DNA of 62,000 bases from Octopus vulgaris (Eukaryota). The stretch spans positions 118,006,001-118,068,000 of the forward strand of contig OX597817.1 of assembly GCA_951406725.2 (NCBI GenBank), given 5' to 3'. A model generated the notes under the pieces. It had not been told where the DNA came from. It did not search any database and saw only the letters and a list, made by a program, of their open reading frames with translations. Every line of letters begins with the position of its first letter. The stretch's first letter is position 1. Made by a program: the position numbers and the translations under genes. Positions 1-12,031 of the stretch are shown one piece after another.

Positions 1-272
1 ATGGACGCACAGTAAGAAGCCCGCATGTTTTCGCTGGACTGTTGCTCTTTCGTCAACCTCGAGCGGAGGGAAGATCTGTACGCTGCGACCCTTGCAAGTC
101 GGGTAGAACGGTCGCTAGTAGTTTCAGATGCCTGAGCAGCGGCATAACGGGAAGCTGTTTGCGAGAGGCGCAAGGCGGTTTCCTCGTGGGTCTCGCGTGC
201 CCTTCTAGCCCTATCAGCCGATGCCTTGGCCGTCCGAGGGCTGAGGAGGGTCCTTCTCTTCTTGGGTGGCAT
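1..272 (-). CDS. Partial ORF resembling the N-terminus of a Helitron Rep/helicase
   Basis: ATG at 272, then 90 codons with no stop to the window edge: MPPKKRRTLLSPRTAKASADRARRARETHEETALRLSQTASRYAAAQASETTSDRSTRLARV... The MPPKK start and R..ET.E...RL repeats are typical of RepHel N-termini. No catalytic motif lies inside the window. Confidence 0.6.
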   Translation of the reverse strand, partial: MPPKKRRTLLSPRTAKASADRARRARETHEETALRLSQTASRYAAAQASETTSDRSTRLARVAAYRSSLRSRLTKEQQSSENMRASYCAS

Positions 273-394
273 TTTGGTGGATAGCAATGTGTTTGGCAAA
301 GGTGTAATAAAAAGGAACACGTGGGGTAAGTATTTTGGTGGATAGCAATGTGTTTGGTAAAGGTGTAATAAAAAGGAGCTCGTGGGGTAAGTAT
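271..394. repeat. Two-copy 61-bp tandem repeat
   Basis: attttggtggatagcaatgtgtttgg...gtggggtaagt starts at 271 and at 332, with few mismatches. Confidence 0.95.
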
Positions 395-1416
395 CCGAAA
401 ATGTATAAAAATGTACAAAAACGGCCAAAAAGCTGGCAGCAATGTGAGTGACAACAACGAAAAAGTCAAAAGTGATCAAACTGAACAAACGAAAGGAAAA
501 GTTTTTTGATGCACACGACAAAAGTGGTTTATAATAAACCAAGAGTTTGCAAGTAGCGTCCGAGGACCGTTAGGGTACGTCAAAAATTGAAGGTAAAACG
601 TTTGGGGTGGTAGTTATAAAGAAAGTTTAAACCAAAAAAGTATTCGAATAACTTGCGGCTGCAGCAGCTATTAGCAGAAGTGGCGGTGTTGGGGGTAAAG
701 TCTCGAATGTAATTTCTTCCTGGTAGGAATTGGTTGGATCGAATTATCGATAGCTAAAAAGGTCAAGTTGCGTCCCCTAGACAGTCTGGTTTGTGTTTAA
801 TACACAAATTTGTTTGCTATGTGTGCCACATATGATTAAATTAACCGATTTTTTCCAATAATGTATCCTATTGGAATAAAAAGGGCTATATAGCTCCTTG
901 GAGCAGACATGATGCTCGTTGTGAAAAAAAAAAAAGATTCCTGCCAATTTGTGAAAGATATTGTCGAAAATATGTCATCTTGAATTTGAACGCGATTTCT
1001 CAAAATTGCATGATTTTATCGATTGTTTCTGATGGTAAGGTATTGCATGGAAAACTAACGTCAGAATTGAGTTTCTTAGGGTAACATTAAGCTTCACCAT
1101 GAGTTTGGTGAAAATGATTGCAAGTTGTGAAAACTACCATAGATAATGCGTTGCATAAAAAAAGCTTAGATTCTCGAGTTGCGTCCCCTAGACAATCTGT
1201 GGTTCATGTTTATGATTCTCGACCCCATGTCGAATTTATCAATTTTTTCAGAACTGGGGGAACTTTTCAAAATTTTCGCTGCGTTAGTTTTGAATTATGA
1301 CATTGGGCTATGTGTGTGTCAAGTTTCATCAGAATCGGTTGAAAGCCGTGGTCAGGGTGAGGGTACGAGAAAACAGACACACAGAAGCACGCACAGACAA
1401 CCTGCCGTTTATATAT

Positions 1417-1469
<53 letters not shown>

Positions 1470-1470
<1 letters not shown>

Positions 1471-3215
1471 TAGAATTATGACCCGTCGTTGCCGGGTCAT
1501 AGTGCTACTGCATGTATATATGTGTATATATATGTGTACATATCACATCTACATCTATATATATACATCTACACATGAAATAGAAAATACAAAGTTATAT
1601 CTTGATATCGCTAGTGATAACAATACTCAAAATATATAACAGACCGGAATTGTATGCCCGTCTCTTGCAATTTCGATCAATTGTATATTGTCCTCCCACT
1701 TGTATAGAAGTGTGGCTACAATCCAGCCTACCTCTACTTCTGGGGGGACATTTTAAATTTTTATCCGGGACGTCCTACGTCCCAGATATAAAGGTAAAGA
1801 TAAAATATTTCCACTTTGCAAGATTCGAGTCAAGTACTCCCTTGCACGCTCCTTTGACTCGAACCTTGCTTATATTGTGGCGAATTTACCGTCTCTGGTT
1901 AGATAGGTTTCATAGTCGCACCAAGACACTTTTTGATGGTGCTTTCCTCCAGGTGTTCAAATCTTAGTTTCTCTACATTTTATACGTCATAGACAATAGT
2001 CTTTTCTTTAATTTAATTTTTTTATTTCGTTTGTTAGTGTTATCCGAGATTCACCGTCTTTGTCGGTGATCAATACGAAATAGGTTTGTATTTTTCCATT
2101 TTAAATTTTAATGAATTCGCCCCCGCCGACGGCTGCAGCGAAATTCAGTTTTGGACTTTCTTCTATCAAAGTCATTCTAACAAAAATGCCTCCGTATAAA
2201 CGGTGAAAATATTGTCAATTTCCCCAAACAGGGACACAATTCCATTTTTAAACAATAACCAAAGCTCCTTCTCCCAAAGGGGGGAGGGTTACAGTTTACA
2301 TTTATTTAACAAATGGAACACAACAACGTTTCCTTTACGAAGAACCAACAAACGTGATAACAATAGTTAAATAGTAATAATAATAACAACAAACCTTACG
2401 GTGAATCAAAAAGCAGTACGCAGTTGAAGCGATAGTCCTTTATGTATAAGAAATAAACCAACAGCAGTACTCAGTAGAAGCGGCTGTTCCAGAAAACAGA
2501 CATTACATACAGCCAAACTTCATATAGATACTTAATGCTAGCTAATTAGCAGATAATCTAATGTAAAAGCCGTAGTAAACGGTATGCGCACAGCTCCATC
2601 TGGACTATTCCATTTCTACACGCTAAGTTTATTTTTAATTTATTCCCATTCATGTGAAGCCACTTATTCAAGTTCAAGTTATTGATGCAATTTTATACCA
2701 TTGCTATTTTTACTTTTGATATGTTACGATTATATTATACTTTAGTTTGATTTTAATTATTAATAACTACATATAATTCAATTGTTATTATTATCTCTAA
2801 TTTTTATTGTTAAAGTGAAAGTATCTGACATAAAATAGAGAAATGCTTTTGTTTCACTTTTAACACGTAATACTGAAATAGGGGAGATGATATGATATCG
2901 CCATGGGCTCGCCCTAGGCAAGAAGTTGAACATTCTTTTTGCCCATGAAACTACATGGACCCAAAGTAAGGCATGTGTAAAATTTGAATGAAATTGGTTG
3001 TGTAGTTCTCAAGTTTTAGGGAATCGTAGTGGAGAAGATATGATATTGCTGTGGGCTCGCTCTAGGCAAAAAGTTTAAAATGTTTTTGCCGATGACCCTC
3101 CCCGGACCCTAAGTAAGATATGTGTCAACTTTGAATGAAATTGGTTGTGTAGTTCTCAAGTTTTAGGGAAACACACAAACAGACAGACACACACACATAG
3201 TTTTATATAGATAGA
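1470..3215 (-). mobile_element. Non-autonomous Helitron (second family)
   Basis: Minus-strand 3' end is an 8-bp hairpin atgacccg/cgggtcat (1478-1500) followed by CTAG|T at 1470. The 5' end reads A|TCTATCTATATAAAAC at about 3215. It has an internal tandem duplication and its 3' end abuts (TA)n. Confidence 0.7.
2882..3170. repeat. About 148-bp two-copy diverged tandem repeat inside the Helitron
   Basis: gatatgatat...gggctcgc.ctaggcaa...tttgaatgaaattggttgtgtagttctcaagttttaggga occurs twice (starts near 2889 and 3037). Confidence 0.85.
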
Positions 3216-3218
3216 TAA

Positions 3219-3420
3219 CGACCGGTTTCTCTCAGTTGTCGTCTATCAAATCTACTCACAAGGTAATATAAAGATTCTTTCAATTTCGATGTACCAAGTT
3301 CAGTGACAAAGGCTTTTGGTCGCCCGGGGCTGTAAAAGAAGACACTACCCCGAGTTTCCACGAAATGAGACTGAAACGAGAATTATGTATTTGGGAAACA
3401 AACTACTTGCGACACAGTCA
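3219..3420 (-). mobile_element. Diverged tRNA-derived SINE 5' half with a small internal insertion
   Basis: Reverse complement matches 53142-53283 (gtgtcttct...ccttgtgagtggatttggtagacggaaactgaaagaagc). Confidence 0.65.
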
Positions 3421-3489
3421 TATTGATATATGTTACAAATATGGACGCATCTAAGTGCATTGAAAAGTAATGAAAGACAATTGATTTTC

Positions 3490-3490
<1 letters not shown>

Positions 3491-3525
<35 letters not shown>

Positions 3526-3526
3526 G

Positions 3527-3572
<46 letters not shown>
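3491..3572. repeat. (TCTA)n microsatellite
   Basis: Directly visible. Confidence 0.98.
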
Positions 3573-4259
3573 AAATTTTAGCTTTTATCTTTTAAGGAGA
3601 TAGCATTGGTATCTATAACTACCTACTATCACCCCAAAAATGCGTTTAAAATTTCGTGTGCATTGTAACGTTTTTAGAGACATTGAAAAATTGGTGTGTA
3701 AAATAATGGTATATCTTTCAACCGATATAACATTCTTGCGTTTACTAGTCTGTGTATGAAGGACAGTGTTTATTTCCATTTTTGTAACCAACTAGACAAA
3801 CATTTTCAGATGGATATTGCAAATCTATTGAAGTGGATATTTGTTTATATGGCAACCACTTAAATCGAAAACGACTGGTGTCTTATAAATATAAATAGAC
3901 ATACTTACTCTGAGCATTTCTACCAATTTTAAATTGATAAACTCACATTAGTGACACATCCTCCTGCTGATTCAAGAAATATAAGGTCATTTTTCTAGTG
4001 TCTGGCCTTAAATAATCTGTGAATGAGTAAATCTCCATGTAATATGTTTTAACTATGTCGACCCAAAATTTTTCTTCGTTTGTTTTCGTAACAAATCAGC
4101 AGTAGATTTTTAAAATCATGAGATATAGATAAGTTAAAAGAGAATATCCTATCTCCAAAATATCAATCGATGCAACCGAATGTTTGTTATTATCAATGAC
4201 GCTTTCGCTCTGGCAATTCTTATACCGACACTAATCCAAATGAGCGAGTCATAGCCAAT

Positions 4260-4850
4260 GGGCAAAATACATTTGGGTCATTCTTTTTTCTGTCAACTTT
4301 CCAACACACTCCTTTGAGACCTTGCTGTTCTTAATAAGGCTGTTTTCTACTGCAGTTCCGTTCTGATTGTAATTCATATCATCTCAACCCATGCATTCGA
4401 CCTTTTTTTAACTGCTCACAGTGTGCCAACCACACTCGGTACCATTTCTGCTTTCCTGATTCTCCATATCTTCTCTATTATTGTTGTTGTTGCTGTTCTT
4501 CTTGTTATAGAACCAAAGCTCAAGTTTGGTCTTATTCCTGGTAGGATTTATTTGTAGCGGGATACTACCTATAACATTTTGTATCCACATGTTTTCAGGA
4601 ATCTTTGAAGTACTTAGAACGCTCCTGATAATTCTTGTTGTCCTTAAGATGTAAATCATCTGTTGGAAGTTTACCGGACATTCTGTTTTAATCTCCCTCA
4701 GCCATTCGTCTATATCTTGCCTTACTGTTCTGAACGCACGATCTTTACTGTTCGCTTACTCCAAGCACTTCCTATTTCAAGTGTTATAGGTTTGTATTTT
4801 CTTTGCTTTTCTTCCTCTTTCTTACGATCCTGGGTTTCTTCTTTTTTCTT
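4260..4850 (-). mobile_element. Older R4/Dong-type RLE non-LTR retrotransposon 3' fragments
   Basis: Minus-strand translation with frameshifts gives RIVRK-EEEKQRKY...IDEWLREIKTECPVNFQQMIYILRTTRIIRSVL, matching the clade C-terminus LLGTARILRKVL. A second small piece lies at about 4260-4470. Confidence 0.6.
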
Positions 4851-4884
4851 TTATTATTATTGTTGTTGTTGTTGTTGTTATTAA

Positions 4885-4939
<55 letters not shown>

Positions 4940-4965
4940 GTTGTTATTATTATTATTATTATTAT
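4851..4965. repeat. (TAA)n/(CAA)n microsatellite
   Basis: Directly visible; it produces the spurious poly-Leu and poly-Ile ORFs. Confidence 0.98.
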
Positions 4966-6105
4966 CTTTTTACCACAGGTTATTTTTGAGCTCCTGGAGA
5001 CTTGCATGCGTAGATAGCTTACTACCGGCAGCCTACGGTACCATGTTATTCGTTCTGCTATCTAATACTCTCCTCATCATTCTGGCCCTGCCAAGGAGGC
5101 AAACCTTTTGTAACAGTTCTTCTGGGCACTCTATTTCAATTTCCTTTATATTCCCTTTGATGCCTTCTGATACTGTTCCCAAGAACAATAATTGACATTA
5201 TCTTCACCTTTTTCATTTTCCATAGCCGGGCTATTTCGTTATATTTATCTATATTTTCGCCTTCCTTCTAGACTATTCGTGTATCTAAGAGGTATGCAAC
5301 ATCAACTATACAGTATATATCGTGCACCTTGTCCCCCACCACTTGGTGTGGTCTGTTATGCTCTAGTATCTGATCTGTTTGGATTGGGAAATCCCAGAAG
5401 ATTTTGCTAGTCTTCGACTCTGCCACTCTCTGTGGTTTGGCTCATACCACGTCTTGCCTCTCTCTATCCTCCACTTTTCGCAGTTTCCAATGTAGCACTT
5501 TCGCCACCTGGTTCTATGGCCAGGAGGACCCGTGAGTATTTCACGGAATTAATGGTAAACGTATTGGGTTTTCCTGAAAATATAATCCAAAATACCTGAA
5601 AGGATATTTACACTATTTACATTATTTACATTTGACCGTACATGTTTTTCCATCCATGCTTTTCCTGTTTTTGTGTTCATTTTTTGATTAAATCTTTCTT
5701 TCATAACACAATTTACAGTTTTGATGATGCCGGCCCTCCTCGTATGTTTTAACAATAGCTCCACGGCATTTTTTATACAACCGTATGTTGTTTTCTCCTG
5801 ATTCACTACAGTCCGGGTAACTGATTAAACGTCTCCCACCCACAGACTTTCGTCTGGGCAAGTACATCCTATCGCTGTCACTGTCAGGGTGGAAGGCTCT
5901 TTCTGGACTTGGTGTCCATTTTCATCACTTCTCTCTTTCGCCATTTTATAATTCCCGCTCCATTCCAAACTGATGCTATCGCCCGCGTACCAACTGCTTG
6001 GATTTTATTCCATCCAGTCAATTTTGAGCTCAGCACCACCCTCAGTCTTCGGAAATACTCCATCCTCACTTGGTCTTTCATTTCCCACTGCCTTATCTCA
6101 TTTAG
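4966..6105 (-). mobile_element. R4/Dong-type RLE non-LTR retrotransposon, 5'-truncated and decayed
   Basis: Post-RT region EYFRRLRVVLSSKLTGWNKIQAV...AGIIKW; RLE region WDFPIQTDQILEHNRP...IVDVAY; C-terminus LLQKVCLLGRARMMRRVL. The 3' end abuts (TAA)n. Confidence 0.8.
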
Positions 6106-6125
6106 TAAGTTAGTTAGTTAGTTAA

Positions 6126-6535
6126 TTGTTGGCTCAAAAGCAAATAGCAAGGCCATGTACGGGGACAATGAGTTAAGTACAGGGTGGTGTTCATGTAAAG
6201 AGTTCAGGCCACTTGAGGTCAAGGGAGACTTTTAACAAAGCGGTCGTCGGCATCTTCACCATCTCGTCTGGCAGCTTGTTCCATGGATCCGCAACCCGGA
6301 CGGAGAAAGCTCCTCTCCTTCGATTGAGATGAAATCGTCACAGGTAGAACTTTTCGGAATGACTCCGCAGCCGACGCACTGGAGAAGGAGTGAAGAGCAC
6401 CTCTTTCGAGAGGTTACACTTTCCACTTATGATGTTGTGAGCGAGAATGAGATCACCATGGCGGCGGCGTTTTTCTAGAGAATAAAGGTCGAGCGTCCTA
6501 AGCCTTTCTTCATAAGACAATTTTTTGAGACCATC
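6126..6535 (-). mobile_element. CR1-type LINE 3' end
   Basis: MSYEERLRTLDLYSLEKRRRHGDLI...FSVRVADPWNKLP is a CR1-type ORF2 C-terminus. A short (TTAG)n tail lies at about 6103-6124. Confidence 0.85.
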
Positions 6536-6536
6536 T

Positions 6537-7627
6537 TGTTTATTTTTATGTTTTCCTTATTTATTATTAGTGTTGCTTAATATCTTTTGATAAAAGTACT
6601 GTTTCTTTTCAGATGTCAACAGATAAAGATAATTAAATTTCATTAAAATGACAGATCTATTGGACTTTCAAAGAGGACAAATTGCCAAGAAATGCATGGC
6701 ACGCGCTAGCGTAACGAAAATAGCCGAAATACTTAGTCCATCGCTAGGTACTGTCTCGAAAGTAATGACAAGCTTGCTTTGGGAAAGTGGGAAAAACCTC
6801 CTCGTTGAAACAAAACTCCGGAAGGATACCAAAACTTTCAGAGAGAGACGCTTGGACTCTTATGCGAATTGTCAGAAAGGACTACAAATATACAGCTCCC
6901 AAAATTACTGCAGAGCTTAATGATCACCTCAAGAACTCAGTTTCCACAAAAACTATTCGCCGGGATCTGTACAAAGCCGAATTTCAATCAGAAAACCATT
7001 ACCTTCAAAAAACAAACTTTGCAAAGCGTTTTGAGTGGAGTAAAAACCTACAGAATTGGTCCCTTGATCAGTGGAAGAATGATATATTCTCGGAATAGTC
7101 ATTCTTTACCATATCTCCGACCATCGGCCGAGTATACGTGTGGAGACAGCCAAAAGAAGCATTTCACCCAGACTGCCTTCGTCCAACTGTTAAACATGGA
7201 GGATCTGTGATGATCTGGTGTAGGGGGGATATATCTTGAAAATCTGCTGGCCCAATGGTTTTGCTTCATGAGAGATTTAATAGTCAAGGCTATTTAAGCA
7301 TTTTGTCTTATCAAATTCATCCTGTTTCCGGGCGGAAACAATCTTTCAGGATGATAATGCTCCAATTACACATCACACAGCTAAAGTTGTTATTGAATGG
7401 CACGAGGAACATTCTAGGTAAGTTGAACAGGTTATCTGGCTACCACAGTCCTCAGACTGCTTTAGCTGAAGAATGGACAAAACTTTCTTTGGAAACAACT
7501 CGAACTTTATACGAGTCCATACCTCGTAGAATACAAGCTGTAGTTACTGCCAAATGCATTCCTATCCGAAATTAAAATAATTTTGTTTGAAATTTTAAGC
7601 TGTTTCCATTATTTGTTCCAACCCCTG
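6537..7627 (+). mobile_element. Tc1-family DNA transposon, left TIR missing, frameshifted transposase
   Basis: MTDLLDFQRGQI..., SGRIPKLS and TVKHGG/QDDNAP-like motifs. Right TIR ttccattatttgttccaacccctg is followed by TA. Homologous to 24444-25705, with a deletion near 7450. Confidence 0.9.
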
Positions 7628-7984
7628 TATGTATAGAAATAATCAGTATATGACTTAACTTATTCCATAAAGTTTGATAAATTCATTCAAATTTAGAGAA
7701 TGAAGCAGATTCAATGTCAAAATGGAATTTAGTCTTTGTCTTCATATTCCTCTGCAATTGTTTCTTACAAATAGACCAAGATATTCATAGATAGAACATC
7801 GGAGTGAGCAAACTTGCATTCTTCTGTAGGTAATATTTAAAGGAAAATAACAAGATGTTTAAAATATATATAGATTGTTTTTTCTTAGTTATAGTTTAAG
7901 AGGATTTATATATTCATTATTTCAGTCACGTTTATTTTAATCTAGACTAAAATATAATAGGAATTGGGTGCTAATATATCTATG

Positions 7985-8038
<54 letters not shown>

Positions 8039-9231
8039 TACACACACATATATATATATATGTATGTATGCATGTATGTATTTAAAACTCCTTATAACAC
8101 TTTTTACTGTTCAAGCTGTATTTGTATGTACGTTCGGAATTACCAAATAAGGAACTATATGTTATTTCAAATTCATATTTAATATTTGTTAACTGTCATC
8201 TCTCATAGTTTACGAACACGTATACATGTCTGCATCAGTCTGTAACTAGATAATCTATGTATATACACAATGTTTGAAAGTATAGGAAGTTTAATCAGTA
8301 TTTCAGGAAGAAACAACCATAGCCATCCAATACTGCAGAATTTTAAATTTCTATAAAATTATTTTAGAATTGGATCATTTATTATCGACCTTTTCTGCTC
8401 ATACACCAATGATTTGCACTAACTCTAGTTTATACATAAATGATCGGGAATGATATTGCATTTCTTCGAAATATTTGTTCTCATTACTTTTCGACAATTG
8501 AATGCTAAGGAAATGTCAAGACCTTACTTTTATATGTTTCTACTAGAGTACGTCAGTTTGAGAAACTGCTTGAACGTTTCGTGTTGTCTCAGATTTTCTG
8601 AAGCAGTCATAGGTTATGATTACTACGAAATTCTTTGTGAAGTTAATATCGATTTCTATAATATTGAGAAGAAAAATTATATATGCAATTCCGAAGATTG
8701 GGGCTGATTGCGCGAACAGATGAAACAATAAACTTACACATAAGAAAAGCTAAGAGACTTATATAGATTCTTTGCTTCTAATTGCAACTTTACACCGTAA
8801 TCGCAAATGTCATTATTTTATTGTTTCTTGTCAGTGATTTTGAAGCCCGGATATTTCTAAATGAAGAAGCCTACATAAAATTATATGAAAATCATTTCTT
8901 CTGTAAAATTCTTGTACTATTTGGTCAATACTTCATAGTAAAGAAATGTCAATATTCCTTCCTGTTCTTACCTTGTATTGTTTAGCTTAATTCATTAAAT
9001 TTTAATTTGATGCTGCCTATCAAAAGAATCACGAACGGTATTACATATGCATACGGGTATAAAACAACCACCAACTCAAAATGATACTATTTTTCATATG
9101 AAAAGTTTTAAGCGTTAACTGACATCCATTTGAATTCTGAGAAAAGGATGTATATAAAATGGTCTTATTGATAATAGGAAAGCTAGACAAATCAATAATA
9201 TTATCGACAACCATCAACAGCTCAATAGTGA

Positions 9232-9278
9232 TGAAGACGATGACGACGCCGACGACGCCGCCGACGACGACGATGATA

Positions 9279-9338
<60 letters not shown>

Positions 9339-9382
9339 ACGATGGTAGTGGTGGTGGTGTTGTGGTTGTGTTGTTGTGGTGA
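9232..9382. repeat. Compound trinucleotide array (GAC)n-(GAT)n-(GGT/TGT)n
   Basis: Directly visible. Confidence 0.95.
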
Positions 9383-10970
9383 TAGTGTGGGACATATGAT
9401 GTTGACTATAACGATCATGATGATAACAGGAAGGAGAATATGAAGATGGTCGTATAAATATATAAGGACAACGATAACATTAAGCAAATCTTCAAAACAG
9501 ACAAACGTAAAATTATGAATAACTGTTTCAGTTTTGCACAACACTAACGAAATGAAGAAAATGTATCAACTTCTAAAGATATAATATATTCTGCAGATTG
9601 TTACTTTGAATGTTCTTTTATTGTTGTATAAGCTAATAGTTTGACTAATTGAATATCACTAATAAAACATGTGCAATCATATCAGTTGTTCTATAAGCTG
9701 TCTTCTTTAACGTGTGATAGATATTTAAGTCAACTACAGAAATGCGTTAATATGAAAATGTTTGGAAATATCATAGATTAAGAAATATAGTTATCTAGGT
9801 ACGAAATCAGGTATGATTCGAAATATGTCATCAGATGTAAAACAATACTTGTCTGTGATTTTGCAAAACGTTAATTGTAGGCAATGCATTTCTGGTATGC
9901 CCATAGTCTTTTATTTTTGTTTCCATCCCGCGTGTAAATTATTTAATAAAGTACAGTTCATGACCCTACAAACAGCAATTTATAACACCTTATATGCCTT
10001 TCCTATTTTAGTGGCAGCATTATTCATAACAAAGTTGTTTGGAGTAAACTGAAATATGCTTCTTTCTGTAAGTAAGCATTGATAACAACAAATATCAACA
10101 GTACTTTCTGTAAGAAATATATATCACTGTTAATAGGAAAACTGAGTGGAGGAAACCTGAGCTATTCCTATACGTTCAGTTTGAGTACCGATAGTGTGGA
10201 TTAACCCAAATAGTGTGGATTAACGTTCAAATGTAAAGTTGCCTAAAATGAGGTATTTTATTAAATGGAAATATACAGTAAATTGGAAGAGTAAAGAGTT
10301 TGCTCATTTAAATCAGACGGAGTGAATCTAAAATTTTCGAGGAAATCTGTATGAACAGAATGGCATCAGATTTTAAATTGAATAGCTGAAATAACGTACA
10401 ATGCAACTGGTTTATCAATAATGGAATAGTAATGCCCTTATTTATCAAAATGTATAGCAATCAGGTGAACACGTATTTAAGCAGATTTCCCATTAATAAT
10501 ATCAAGAGCAGGGTTAGTTATAGTTTATTAAATATATAATGGGTTCACTCAATATAAAAGCAATTCTGCTTGTCAGAAATATCTTTATGAATGATAGTCC
10601 TTCTACTCTTAAAAGAAAAATTCTGCAGTGTAACACCAAAGTTCTCACATTGGTAAATTTGTTGAATTCATAGATTTGTGAACCTTAGATGTAATAATCA
10701 TAGCATGATAAATAATATATGAAGTGATCATCGTGGTTAGTAACTAGATACTGCAAATCGAATACATACAAAGTTATACATATGCACATACACTATGCGC
10801 AACTATGAAAATAGGAGAGAATTCAGATACAATACAGTATTTAGCGTGCATTTATGCATGTAATTAAGTGTGTTTAATCATATAGGAAACCGAATAAAAC
10901 TATGCATAAAATCAGTTGATATATACATGCAAACATAATTTTATGCATATTTTTATTGTTAAACAACATA

Positions 10971-11012
<42 letters not shown>

Positions 11013-11538
11013 CTAGCAGTATCGCCCGGCGTTGCTCAGGTTTGTAAGGGAAATAACTATATAAGCATTTTTAGTGAGTTATAGCAAAATAATAGCAAAA
11101 AAATGCATTAAAAATGGAATAAAAAATGATGGTAATTTTGGTGTCTTCAAGCCATGAAGTCGTTGTTCTAAAAGAACGCTGGTCTCCTTGACAATGCTTT
11201 ACGACGTTGATTTCCTTACACTCCCTTCCCCACAGCTTCATGAGGGAGGGAAGAAGGGGGAGAAGCAACACAGGTGCAGGTGTGACCATGGACGCCAACT
11301 CCGCCGCCATCGACAGACGAAAAATTATGCGTTAAAATGGAAAAAAATGATGTTAAATTATTTTTAAGATTGTAGACTCATCGTAGACGCACGCTAATAC
11401 CCAGACGGGCTCGATATGAATCACGACTATAGGGATACCCGAATTTGGTTAAACTGCACCGCAAAATGTGGGAGTAGTTAGGAATCTAAATCGTAGGAGA
11501 CAGACACTCACACAACTACAGTTTTATATATATATAGA
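11013..11538 (-). mobile_element. Non-autonomous Helitron
   Basis: Minus strand 5' A|TCTATATATATATAAAACTG; 3' cctgagcaacgccgggcgatactg-CTAG|T. The terminal ~40 bp are identical to those of the 57781 copy. Both ends lie in or next to (TA)n. Confidence 0.85.
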
Positions 11539-11540
11539 TA

Positions 11541-11958
<418 letters not shown>

Positions 11959-11998
11959 AATATATATATATATCTATATATATATATACATATATGTG

Positions 11999-12031
<33 letters not shown>

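Larger units (their letters stand above)
1..1419 (-). mobile_element. Helitron, 5' portion; runs off the window start and may be autonomous
   Basis: Minus strand begins A|TCTATATATAAAC at 1419. 1176-1419 is near-identical to the 5' end of the complete small Helitron at 57914-58155. Contains a RepHel-like N-terminal ORF at 272->1. Confidence 0.75.

Noticed and set aside
4803-5195. Poly-Leu 130-aa ORF resembling a membrane protein
   Set aside because: It comes from the (TTA)n array and the antisense strand of an R4-type element.
9041-9544. Poly-Ile and poly-Met ORFs
   Set aside because: Trinucleotide repeat artefacts.
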